Assembly (NCBI GenBank): GCA_013265495.1
Contig: MU058206.1
Span: forward strand, 684,001 to 745,874
From: Vicugna vicugna
Lineage: Eukaryota
Reading direction: 5' to 3'
Length of the DNA stretch: 61,874 nucleotides
Part shown: piece by piece, positions 9,614 to 20,987 of the stretch
Position numbering within the stretch: position 1 is the first letter of the stretch
Layout: every line of letters begins with the position of its first letter
Translations under genes and position numbers: made by a program
The notes under the pieces: generated by a model
Told to the model about the DNA's origin: nothing
What the model saw: only the letters and a program-made list of their open reading frames with translations
Databases searched by the model: none

Positions 9614-12600
9614 CCCCCAGACCCCTCCTGCCTGTTTCTGGGTTTCTGGACCACAGGATGATGGTTCTGCAGCTGCTGACAGCTCTCCTCCCCATGCCCC
9701 CCAATCCAGTCTCCTGAAGGAGGAGAGTCCAGCTCTTCCTAGCTGGGGATCTCAGCCTGAATTGGAGAGACAGCAGAGGGGCTGCATCAGAAGAGCACTG
9801 GGCCAGGAGCCCAGCGGTTCCTGGCACACTGGCAGTGGGTGCTCAATAAACATTTCTTGTTTGGAGAATCACAGCATTGGGGTCTGGTCTCCCCTTGGTG
9901 GCATGGTGAGGGTGCAGGTCCTTCCCTCCCTCCCTCCCTCTGCACCCATCTCCTCTCATCAATAAGTGTGGAGGTGGGGGAGGGGCCACAGTTTAGCTTC
10001 TAAACCCTGGGGACACAAGCTGGTGTGCAGGCAGGGGAGGGGTGGCCTCTCCGTGGGAAGGGCGCCTGTCCGGACAGGCATCTCTCCTGGTTTGCTGGGG
10101 GAGGGAGGGGCAGGCAGGCTGGAGGGTGGGTGGGGCCCCAGCTGTGTCAGCCTGTGAGTGGAGTCACCCAGGCCAGGAGCAGGAGGCGCGGTGACTCAAT
10201 TGGCAAGGCCTTGCTATCCCCCCAACCCGCTCAGGGCAGGGCAGGTCAGGGGTTGCTCGGAGACCCAACTCCAGAATACAAGAATCCTGTTGCTTGGGGT
10301 GCAACCTGATGGGCTCCTGAAGCTCTGAGATGGAACCCTGGGGGGGCTGGGTGCAGGTAAGGGGGGGTGACCCGGGAATAGACATTCTCTGGAGAGGTCC
10401 TGACCCTCCTTCCCCTCCCCCTCCACGGGCCCCTGGTATCTCACCCTGGCCCGTGCTATTTCTGGCCCATTCTATCTCTGTTTTCTTGTCTCCCTGTTTT
10501 CCCTTTGACATTCCATCCCCACCCACACGCCTTGCAGTGAAGTGTGGCTGGAGCTGCCTCTGTAATTAAGAGCCCTCCCCTGGCCAGCCAGGCACACACC
10601 CACAGGACCAGGCCATGGGCAGCCTCTGGTGTCAAGGCTCCTCCCCTGGACAAAGGGCGGCAAAAAATGGCAAGAGCACCCCATCCTCAGTCCTGGGGCC
10701 TGCACCGTCCTGCCCTGCTGCTCCTGCTCCCACTGATGCCAGGGCCCACTCCAGCCAGAAGCCTTTGGGAGGCACTTCTGCCACCAATATCCTCTCCCCA
10801 GGCCTGAAGGGGACCCCCTCAGCAAGTTCCACCACCCAAGCACCAGTGGGCAGGGGCAGCAGTGCAAAAGGAGTCCCATGGAGAGAGATCTAAACAAGTT
10901 ACGAGCCAAGCTAACTGTTAAGTAAGACACCGGACCAGTATACCTCCACAGGGACCTGAAAGGCCGGATAGAATTGAGAATTCTGACTCCTTCTCAGAAC
11001 ACGGCAGCCTCTGGCAGCCTCGGGGAAAACTGCTCCCTGGCCTCCAGCCCCTGGGCCATCCCCTTCACACCCCTGGCTCCCCCAACACCACAAAGGGCCT
11101 CCAGCATGCGTGTAGGCACCCCAGCTCGCGTGTCCCTGGTGTGTGCGTCCCTTTCCCACAACTGCCCCTCGTCACCTCTTTGCCTGAGTGTGCACACACC
11201 AAGCGGTGCTGCTGTCCGAACAGGAGGAAGAGCCCAAGTAAGAGACCCCCCAGGCCCCTGAAGCAGGGTCGGTGCCGGGCACGTCCCCGGAGTGTGGTCT
11301 CCGAGGGGAGAGGTGCGAACTCTGTGTAGGCTCGTCCCCTTGGCCCTGTGTGGAGGGGCGCAACCCCGGGACGACGAGAGCAGGGGCCTTCTTCAGGGCA
11401 GGACCCGGGACAGAGGCCCCCCGCCCCGAGTCTAAGGCTGGCTCTGCCCCGTCTGCCACCAGGAATGGCTTCGGTCTGTGCTCCTTCCCCGCTGCTGCGA
11501 CGCCAGGGGAGAGCGGCTGTGTGCTGAAAAGGGACCAGCATCGGCCTGAAGTTTAGCTTTGCATCTGTTCACCAGTTCTCCCCATATGGAGGTGCCATCC
11601 CCGCTTAGGCTGCAGAGGAGTGAAGAAGGGTGTGTGTGTGTGTATCTGAGTGGGCTGGGGAGAGAGCGCTGACACGGCCTGCATTTGTGTATCTGGATCT
11701 GTGTCCCTGCATGTATATCACTAACGTGTGAGCATGGAAGTTTGTATGTGTGTGTGTGCATGTAGTGTGTGCAGATCTACATGTCTGCTTGCCTCTGGAA
11801 AAGGGGACCCCACAGAGAAAGGGCTGGTTGTGAACACACGCAGAAACTCTTGCACCTCCTTATATGGCCCAGAGGCCTCCTGGAGGATGAGAAGGGAGGT
11901 GAGCAGAGGAGGGCAGCCTGGCTGCCCGTTCACCTTCCCCAGGAAGCACCTCCCCACCTTCCCACAAGCTCCCCTCAGTGGATCTCTCTTTGCCAGTAAC
12001 TCCTGTCTCTGGGATGACTTGGGTGCCCTTTCCTTCTTTACTCTGGGGCCCCAGAAAGCTGCAAGGTTGAATTAACCATATGTGTTCTTGGGGGCCCAAG
12101 GAGTCTGTTTCCATGGAGCTCTGGGCAGGAGAAATGAGTTTAAATCACAGGGATGCGAATTGAGGCTAGACTTCAGAAGGAATTTACCGGTGTTAGAATA
12201 AGGAGACAAGGGTATTCATATAAGGGAGGCTGGAGAATCTCTTTTCCTGGAGATTTGTCAAACAGAGAAATCCCTGCCTTTAAAAGCTTGGAGGTAGGGG
12301 ACTGGGTACGATGACCTTTTCCTTCAGGTTCAAGCTACAGAGTGACTCTCCTCCCTCTCCCCGGGCACCTCCTTGCCCCATGAAACCGCATCCCCCCTGA
12401 TTCTAGTAAACATCACTTTCTGATTCTTTTCTGTATCCTACAGAGGAATGAATACTCAGTGACTACCAGGCAATAGTAGGTGCTTAGTAAATGTGCAGAG
12501 GACCCCTTGGTCTGGGAGGCACAGCTCTTAGCCCAGTTATTCCTGCTGCAGTGGTGCCTCCACCCAGTCCCAGCCTGAGCGCTGAGCTGTGGGGCCAGCT

Positions 12601-13750
12601 TGTTACAGCATGTTCCAGACTGACATTCAGGGCGCATTCTGGGGAGACACACAAACACACACATGCAGGCTTTATTCTGAAGCCTTATTTCTGCCCCTCC
12701 AGCCCAGCCAGGCCCTTCCACTCCTCTGCAGTCAACCAGCCCTACTGCCTGTATGCTGAAGTCAGGAGAAAGGAAGGGGTTAAGCCAGGCTTAGGGTGGG
12801 AAGTGGGTGTGTGTCTGTGTGTTGTGTTTGTGTGGGGTGTGTGAAGTGGGCAGGGGAAGATGGGAGGTGGGACAGGAAATAAGTGAAGCCCTGGTAGGGG
12901 CAGGGGCCTAGGACTGGGAGCTCTTTTCCTCCCAAGCTGGGGTCTGCATGGCAGGGTGGCAAGTGGGTGGGTGGAGCAGGGATAAGGTGGGGAGAAAGAT
13001 GCTGAGATAAACTGGAAGATGGGGAATAAGGGAGACAAAACAAAGGGCAGTGGCCCTGGCGTGTTGATGGTAACTGATCAGGGATGTTGATGTCTCCCTG
13101 GCCCCTTCTTGGATGGCACAAGCCTCAGAAGTAAGACTCTCACCATCATTCCTTTCTCTGGTGGAGACAGTCAAGAATGCTGCTGATGTACCTTCCCCCA
13201 GTGCATCGTGCATGCTAGCTTTGGGAAGATAAAGCTTTTTTGAGGGACCCTTTCCGGAACAACCACCTGTCTGATACCAATGCACCCAGAGTGACTAAGA
13301 TGACCTATTTACACTTAACTCTCTGGAAGCCCTTGGAGGGTTGGAGTCATTTTGATTTTCTGTGTCACCAGTGTCTAGTCCAGTACCTAGCATATAGCTG
13401 GTGCTCAATACTTATGTGTTGATGAATGAGTATCTATAAGACCCTTAGCATGCTGTACAGCCACCAGAAGGCATTCACTTCATCAACCACAGAAAGGAAA
13501 GACCCTTGTCTATTGGGAAGCTCTTTCTGATTACTGCCCCCAGGCTCTTCCGCTACTGAGGGGCCCGCTGCCCCGCTTCTTTTATGCCAGTGATGATTTC
13601 CTTTAGATCTGCTGCCTCTGGGATTTTTTTTTTTCATAGTAACTCTCAGTCGTGCAACACAGTGCTCTCCTCCTTCAGAGGGAGATAAGGATTTGAAAAT
13701 GTGGAAGCAAATAACAATAATAATAATAAAAAGTTAAAAGCCTGTGGCAA

Positions 13751-13838
13751 GGGGTGTAGAGCTCAGTGGTAGAGTGCATGCTCAGCATGCAGGAGGTCCT
13801 GTGTTCAATTCTCAGTATATTTATTAAAAAAAAAAAAG
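13751..13838 (+). mobile_element. tRNA-derived SINE of camelid Vic-1 type with poly(A) tail
   Basis: A box (agctcagtggtagag), B box (gttcaattc), tRNA-Ala-like body and A12 tail. A 15-bp direct repeat aaatgtggaagcaaa lies at 13697-13711 and 13839-13853. Confidence 0.85.
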
Positions 13839-14056
13839 AAATGTGGAAGCAAACTGAATGGGGGAAGAGGGTAAACAACACAGATAAGGGAATTTAAAGG
13901 AAGAATCAGAGGCTCCAAAAGAGGACAGATTAGACTGCTGGGCATGAAGGGGATGCTGGGGGTCACTCTGCGTGGAAGCCTCACTGTTCTGGGTTACGTG
14001 GGCGGGGAAGCAGCTGGTAAGGTGGAAGCAAGAACTGGTCTTCTTTCTCTCCACAG

Positions 14057-14249
14057 GGTAAAATGCAGGCTGCACTGTGCAGGCCGGCCACTCTCCTGCT
14101 GGATGACAGGGTGCCACATGGGATGAGGCAGGGTACAGGCCTGTGGTGAGGTCACTCCAGAATTCCTCTCCTCACTTCGGAATTCTTCATTTCTTTTTCC
14201 TCTTGCCTCCACTTCCTGTTATTTTCTTCCCTTTCTGTTTACAAATAAA
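14057..14249 (+). pseudogene. LYZL6: Orphan last exon of LYZL6 (lysozyme-like 6): CDS part 14057-14126 ([W]VKCRLHCAGRPLSCWMTGCHMG*), then 3'UTR and AATAAA at 14244-14249
   Basis: Acceptor tctctccacag|G. Peptide matches the recalled LYZL6 C-terminus (WVEWRLHCSGRPLFYWLTGC). It lies directly upstream of RDM1 in the same orientation, as in human. No upstream LYZL6 exons found. Confidence 0.85.
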
Positions 14250-15024
14250 ACTGACCAGAGCCCCAGAAATACATGGTGTTCTAGGGCTTCATCCTTGTTC
14301 CATCTAGGTCCGGGCCCCTGGTTCCCTGACTGTCATTTGCAAACCAAGAAGACTGTAATGAAGAAGTTCCTATATTTTTGGAATTAGTAAAGCATTCCTT
14401 GTGCAAAGCCTGTGTTAATGTATTCATTATTAATTCCACGTGTATTTGAGTACCTAACAGAGTAGGAGTGTGTTTGGGACTAGAAGACAAAGCATAACTG
14501 TTGTTCATGAGGCGTTCATAATCTAGCTGGGGAAGCAGAGACATATATGCATGATGGAGACAATGAATGGATACATACAATGAATATAATGGTAATAAAA
14601 TCTATAGTTACTGGTTTTAAACAGTACCAGGATTTAAGTTATTCCTCCAAAGCCAACTATTTTTGAAGAAAGCTCAGGGGTAGGTCATGGGTGGGGCTAA
14701 GGGTCTGGTATATTGCGGTGGAGAAGGTAGTGAAGGGGAGGGGAGAAATGGTGCCAGGTGCCAGTGATTTAGGGGTACTTTGGGAGAATAGACTAGAATC
14801 AAGATGATTAAAAAAGCTTCAGGACCTGCTTTGCTCGGAAGGTGCTGATGTGGAGTAAAACCTGCTTAAGGACACTGCAAAGACAGAAAAGGGACAGTTG
14901 GAGGAATGCCCTATAGAGAGCCACCATCAGTCCTGTCTGGCTAAACTAGGGTTTTATTGAGCCACTCATAATCCTACTCTGAGCTTTAATTCCTTCAGCT
15001 ATAAAATGAGTGATTTGACTATTC

Positions 15025-15345
15025 AATGATTCCCAGACTTTTGGATTTCACAGACCAGTAAAATGTCAAAGAAAAAAAACTAAGACTGTGAAAGTTTCTA
15101 ACTTCTAATTTTAAAGCCCAAGTATTAATCAAAACAACTATCCTTTATCAGTATCTCTTCATAAGACAATTTTTAGCATCAAATTGAAGGAAGGTCATAC
15201 TTGTAGGATAATACAAAGAAATAGATTTTGTTCCATGGAAAAAAGATTAAACCTTGATTATACTGTCCTTTTCCCATTTTGCTGAGAACTAGTAAAAACT
15301 TCATCACAGCGCAGCATGGGTCTGAAGACCATTGTTTGGAAACGT
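15025..15345. mobile_element. hAT-Charlie-type DNA transposon remnant
   Basis: Ends resemble hAT TIRs (caatgattcccagactttt ... gtttggaaacg) around an AT-rich interior. Family uncertain. Confidence 0.4.
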
Positions 15346-16117
15346 CAAGGGATCTGCTCTATTTCCCTGGTAACATAGGATAACACAGGTAACGCCTGAC
15401 TTTTAGGATGCCTAGAACATCCCTTCTCAGGCACCATGAGCTCCAATGTTGGTGCCCTAATTGGACCAACTTTTTCCAAACTTATCTCTCCTTCTCACTT
15501 TGCCTCCCAACTTCCACGTCATCTGACCTCCACCAGATCACATGTATAATTCATCAAAATCATGAAGGAAAGGGAATTCTTCTTAATGATTTCCTGTTAT
15601 GACAGTTGATAGATTTAATGAGCTATACCTTGATATATTTAAAACTCATGCAAACACTCTTAGGTCAAAGGATTTCATCTTTAGCGGTTACATTCCACAA
15701 AGAGTTGGGAAATTTAAATTTTTAAAGTTCTGTGGGTATTACTGGTAACTACTTAGTGCTCTAGTTTTCTGTGGGAATTTGAAAATGAAGCCATCTGCTA
15801 TAAAGACATCTGCACTACTTGATCCTGTGAACTCACCCTTTGGACTCTACCCTAAAAATACACTTGAACAGAAGCACTAAACCCCAGACCTAGAGGCTGC
15901 GAGGTTGGCAGAGGGTCACTAGAGGCCAAGACCCGCTCGGAGCGGGAAGGGCGAAGGAGAGGTCAGAGCACCGCCCTCGCTCCACCCCCGCCGAGCTGGC
16001 CCAGCCCCTCTCACCAGCCCCTTAAAAAAAAAAAAACAGAAAAACAGCGTGGGCGATCCTTGCACAGGCGCAGGGCTGCTGGCGCTTGAGCGCGCACACG
16101 TGGTGACTAGTAGTGGG

Positions 16118-16213
16118 ATGGCGGAGTTGGTGCCTTTTGCGGTTCCCACCCGGAGTGACAAAACCTTGCTGGTGTGGGAGCTGAGCTCCGGACCCAGGAC
16201 CGAGGCCTTGCAG
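16118..16213 (+). pseudogene. RDM1: Orphan coding exon 1 of RDM1 (MAELVPFAVPTRSDKTLLVWELSSGPRTEALQ)
   Basis: Good Kozak context gggATGG, 96 nt, donor CAG|gtgagc. Matches the recalled RDM1 N-terminus MAELVPFAVPIESDKTLLVWELSSGPTAEALH. Exon 2 (HSLFTAFSQFG...) was not found. Confidence 0.9.
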
Positions 16214-16849
16214 GTGAGCTGGCCAGGGTGGAGGGAGGGATGCAGAAAGCCGCCCTCGCCCCAATACCTGGGAGTCCCTGGCCAGGTGACAACACCCCCC
16301 CCCGTACGAGCCTGGCGCTGCAAGGTGACCCCCACTCCGCACGAACAAATCAATAAAGAATAATCCTTTGGCTGGGTGTGGGGTGCGGGTGGGGAAGGGA
16401 GCGCGTAGTAGTGGCGGGGCGGGAAGGCGGCGGTGGTTCAGCCCGGGGCGCTCTCGACCGCTCGCGCGCACGCACGCTGGTCCGTCAGCCCACTCGGGGC
16501 CGAAGGTGGACTCAGCGCTGAGCCGCCGGCCCAGGCCCAGAAAGGCGCCGGGCGGCAGCTAGGGTGCGCGGGCGAGAGCCTTTTACCCACCGGAGCTGCG
16601 AGGGAGGGAAGAAGCGATCGGAGAACGGAGGGGGCCGCCCGCGCGCACGCGCGCCGCACCCCGCCTGCCTCGTCCGCCTGGCTCCGCGCAGGAGGACGGA
16701 GAGGGAAGGGTCAGGCCGGAGTGCCCTGGTGCCGCGGGTCCAGTAATGTGCCCCTCGCGCGGCGCCCTGGGGGCGAGGCGGGTTCCGGTGTGCTGCGATT
16801 TCCCCCGCCCTCGGGCGGCGGGAGGCAGGCGGTGCTGTGCGCAGGCGCG

Positions 16850-16990
16850 CCTGGCAGAGACCACCCCCGCCCTGCTTGGGGCGGCCCGAGGTGGCCGGGG
16901 CAGCGGCGAAGGCCTCCAGCTCCCCCCGGGCGGGGAGCGGCAACGGCAGGGGAGCCGGCGGCGGGCGGAACGGCGGCTGCCGCTGTGGAG
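16850..16990 (+). other. Candidate non-coding first exon of a second gene, possibly ARF2/ARL17-like
   Basis: Lies downstream of the NRF1 site and ends ...AACGGCGGCTGCCGCTGTGGAG|gtagga (splice donor). The ARF2/ARL17 resemblance is from memory only, and no ARF coding exon was found. Confidence 0.35.
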
Positions 16991-19519
16991 GTAGGAGCCC
17001 TGGTCAGGACCCGCTTCCCTACCCCAGCCGTGTGCCCGACCATGTACTCAATCCGCAGGCCCCTGGTGCCTGCGTTCGGCGCGGCCTCCCGTGGCCTCGG
17101 CATGTTGGGTCAGTAGCGCCTGGGCCCTGGGACTGCAGGGGTCAAGAGGTTGGGGTACCGAGTGTGGAGGAAGGGTGATGGGGTATGAGGAAGAGAATGG
17201 TGGAGGCAGAGTAAAAGGGGAAAGGAGCTCCGCTGGGCCAAGTGGTTAGCGGTGGCAAGTGGGAGTGTAGCGGAGTGATGGGAGTGCAGAGTGGGGAGTA
17301 ACTGGGGACCGCTGTGGTGTTTAGGTGTGGCTTGGAGCAGGTCTGTTGTCATCGGAGGTGAGGGGTGCAGAGTAGCTGGCTTCGTAGCGTGAATTAGAAT
17401 AGGAGCAGGGTGAGACCTGGTGTGGAATAGAGAGGGGGAAGGGGCCAGGGGCTGTGTTTGAGTAGTGGGACTAAGGACAGGTCTTGAGAACTGAGCGAGG
17501 GACTGTTTGCTCAGAACAGAGTGATGTGTTTGTGGTGTTCTTTACAGAGAGGGAGAGACCCAGGAACCTGAGGGGAGTGCCCTGGGGAGGCGTTCAGGAA
17601 GGGCAGGACCGAAGGATTGTTCCCCCGTTGTCTCCTGGGCCCCTTCTTCCCCACCCAGCAGAAGATGACAGAAGATGACTCTGGTGAGAAAGGTCTTTGT
17701 GAAGAGAGGGGCAGGTCCAGGTCTCTAGGGGCTGTTACAGTTTTGGAGGGCCCAGCAGGCTTTTGGGGCTCCAGTGCCCCAGTGGTAGGGGATGGGATTG
17801 TCCCGGTGTCTTGAGTCCCTTCCAGTGTTGGCTGCTTTGTTCCTCTCCTGTTGCCTCGATATCTGCTTTTTCTTTTGTCAACACCTTACAGAATCAGGTT
17901 TTGAGGCCAGTGCCTCACACAGGGGCTCCCCTAGACCAGCCTTCTGAAGGCATGGGTGGGGTGGGGTGGGGAGGATCAGCCCAGGTCAGATTGATCTAGA
18001 TCAGGGGAAAGCATGGAACTATGGGGACCAGGGCTAGGGTGGCTCCCTTCTCTCTTCATGGTCTTCCTTTAGTAGGGGCTCCTCTGCTGGTTCCACTTCC
18101 CCCAGGGAGCCCGCAGTGAGAAGGAAGCCCACTCCCAGCCTGGGCCAGCCCCAGGAGTCCAGCCAGGGGTGGGACCCAGCCTAAGGCTGACTCTCCTACC
18201 ACCTAGCTTCTGGAGCAGATTGGACACCTGGGACTGGTCCCTTCGTGAGGGAAGAACCATCCTGTGTGTATCCTCAAGGAAACACTTGGCACTGTTGCCT
18301 TCCCTGGGCAGAGACTTGTAATGATTTTCTTGTCTGCCTCTTTGTCTGTGTCCTTTTTTTTTTTTTATTTTTTTTTTTGGAGGAGTTGACTGCATCTTCC
18401 CATCTTTTGGGCAAGAAGACTGGATGAAAAAAAGAAAAAAAATAATGCTTTGACTTTATTTGTTAAATTTTTATGAATATACTTCTACACTACATCCTAT
18501 CTAAAATTGAAATAGAGATATAAGAAAGATCTAGCAATGTAAGAGATCCACAGTAATGTGTAAGTTATTTAGAGAGTTGGTGAGATATTTACACTCAAAG
18601 AAGCTTGCTAATGCAGATGATGCTAAAAGAGTGCTAATTCTTTTAGTTGTTTATAAAATGTATAGAGGTATGTGTGTTCCTTCTCACAGGGGTTAGTAAC
18701 TAGGGGAGCAGGGCTGCTACAGATTCAGGTCCTACTTCAGTGGCAGGTCCGTCTTATCTCTTCAGGTCATATTCTCAGTCAGTAGCTACAGGATGACATT
18801 AAAAAAAAATAACAGAAAGAATATGCCAAGCAGTGTGCCTAGTGTTGTGAACTCAAAGATGGGTAAGACGGAGCTCCTTCTAGCAACTCCTGATCTCACA
18901 GGGAAAATAAACATAAGCTCAGACCATCATGCGCAAGCACTGAGTGGATGACAGGGTGCTGCAGAGGCGTGGAAAAGGGAGCTGTGAAGTAATAGACCTA
19001 TGTTTCTCCTAAAACAGTCGTTTTCCTCCTGTTCACTCCCCAACTAATTGTTTATTTTTAAAACTGTCTGACTTTGCTTAATGTCCATGCATTGGCTTTA
19101 AACATGATAGACAATGCACATGAGCAGGTCTAGCCCATACCTTCAAGGAGTTTATACTCAGAGGAAATGGGCTGCAAAAAAAAAGCTATATAAGAAAAAA
19201 AGAAGTGGAGAGGGGCAATGAGAGCTCTAAGTTGGTTTTGGAGCTCAGAAGAGGGAAGAAAGACTTCAAACTGCATCAGGGAAAATGTTATTAGAGCAGT
19301 GCTGTTTGAACAGGACCTCAAAGAGCCCCTGTATGTCATCAGACAGACATCTTGGGAAGAATAAATTTGAAAAAAGAAGGTAGGAGAGAGGCAAAACACA
19401 GGAAACATGCTTTGAGTACCTGGAGAGTACAAGTAGGAAGAGTAGGAGATTAGGGCCAGGTCATCGAGGGCTTCGAAGGCCACGCCTAGGGTAACAGGCT
19501 AGGCTGCCCCGTTCCCACA

Positions 19520-19670
19520 GCAGTGCTCTTGGACAGACTCGAGCCTGCAGCAGAATCAGTCATTTGGAGGGCTTGTTAAAGCACAGGTTGTGCCCCACAG
19601 TTGCTGGTTCAGTTGGTCCAGAGCAGAGCTGAGCGTTTCTTCAGTAAGTTCCCAAGTGAGAACCACTTCG
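19520..19670. mobile_element. MER5A-like DNA transposon
   Basis: cagtgctct...cagaatca...ggagggcttgttaaagcacag...aagttccca...tgagaaccact. Confidence 0.6.
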
Positions 19671-20357
19671 GGAGAGTTAATCCGGTGACTGTACAGGATG
19701 GCTGAGAAAGGAAGAGACTACAGGTGCAAACACCAGTCAGAAGACAGTTACACCCACCCAGGAGAAAGGAGAGACTAAGAATCAGTGGAAGTAAGATAGC
19801 CAGCTATAGTCAAGTGTGGGTGTTTCAAATAAAAGTCAGTATTTTAGTATAATACTCAATTAGTTCAAATTACACATTAATAAGAGGAGTAATCCCTTTC
19901 AAGTCGTGTGAAAGGCTATCTTTTATTTCTTCTGGTATTGAATTGGCATAGAAAATCAGAATTAAACTGGGAGGTGTGTAAATAGGAGAGTATTGCTTTT
20001 CATATTAAATATAATTATATATTGAGGTTAAAAACTTTGAGCTTATAATCTAGAATTTTTTGAGACCACAAAAGTTTATCTAATCAGTTCTGCTCTGAGG
20101 AAAGATTACCTCCAAAATCTACCCAGATCTATATAGGTGTATGTTTTATTTATGAACATCATGAAAGTGAGACTCTTAAGACAAGTGAGGGCAGGGTTAG
20201 GGGCTCTAGAAGGTTTAAATAACAATTCATAAGGTTTAGAGGTTATGTAGAACTGACTTATTCATTATTATTATTCTAACCTCTACTAGTTATTCCTGCT
20301 GATGAGATACCTAGTAGCTAATTGAGGCAATATATATTTTCCTTTTCCTTTTCCTAG

Positions 20358-20429
20358 AGATTTATCCTGCAATAAAATACAGCTTATTGAAAGTGGTGTA
20401 TTTGAATCACTACCTTTTCTGGAGTTTCT
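20358..20429 (+). pseudogene. LRRC37A: LRRC37 LRR exon, 72 nt ([23 protein letters not shown]); donor dead
   Basis: Acceptor ttttcctag|A. A 72-nt phase-2 LRR exon matching recalled LRRC37A [23 protein letters not shown]. Donor reads ataagt (GT>AT). Paralogue (A or B) not resolvable. Confidence 0.88.
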
Positions 20430-20564
20430 ATAAGTTACAAATATAACTTAATTGTGTTTGGGATTTGTATAAAACTTAATTTTTATAAAATTAATTTGAT
20501 ACTCACTTTGAAACAATTTTAGCATAGAAAGCTACTAGAATTATGTAGCTAATCCTTTTTGTCA

Positions 20565-20740
20565 CTAGCAAAGATTTGTACTCAGATGACACTTGGCAAT
20601 GTCTGGAGACACTTCTGGTTATCAGAACTATAGATATGCTGCTGCCATCTGGTGGACAGAGGCCAGAGATGCTGCTAAACCCCCTACAGGGTGCTAGAAC
20701 TATTGGGCCCAAAATGTCAGTGGTACTGCCCCTTGCTAGA
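20565..20740. mobile_element. MER20 DNA transposon carrying a CTCF motif (20641-20658)
   Basis: ttggcaatgtctggagaca...gaggccagagatgctgctaaac...gggcccaaaatgtcagtggt; the reverse strand reads TGTCCACCAGATGGCAGC. Confidence 0.75.
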
Positions 20741-20987
20741 GAAATAAGGATCACTTAACACAAATATTGAGAATTTACTGTTTTGTGTATATATATTGTG
20801 TATATAATCATGAAAATATAAATCATAAACAGCTATTTTCCACAGTGAGATTTCTTTAGTGTCTGGAAGGGATAATGAGGTTATGTTTCATTGTATATAA
20901 ATCAGAATTACTGCCAAAGGATAATGTTCTGAAAGAATATTTCTTTCTGTTTTTGCTTTTGTCTTTTTTTTTTTTCCTTTTTTGTAG

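Larger units (their letters stand above)
15890..17120. promoter_or_regulatory. Composite CpG island: RDM1 promoter plus a second promoter
   Basis: Very CpG-dense. E-box CACGTG at 16097-16102, NRF1-type TGCGCAGGCGCG at 16838-16849, and several GC boxes. Confidence 0.85.

Noticed and set aside
13751..13820. tRNA-Ala gene
   Set aside because: The acceptor stem is degenerate, and the poly(A) tail and target-site duplication indicate a SINE.
16118..16213. Intact RDM1 gene
   Set aside because: No downstream RDM1 exons were found; different sequence follows within about 200 bp.
16433..17178. Long overlapping ORFs in the CpG island
   Set aside because: Artefact of stop-codon depletion at very high GC.
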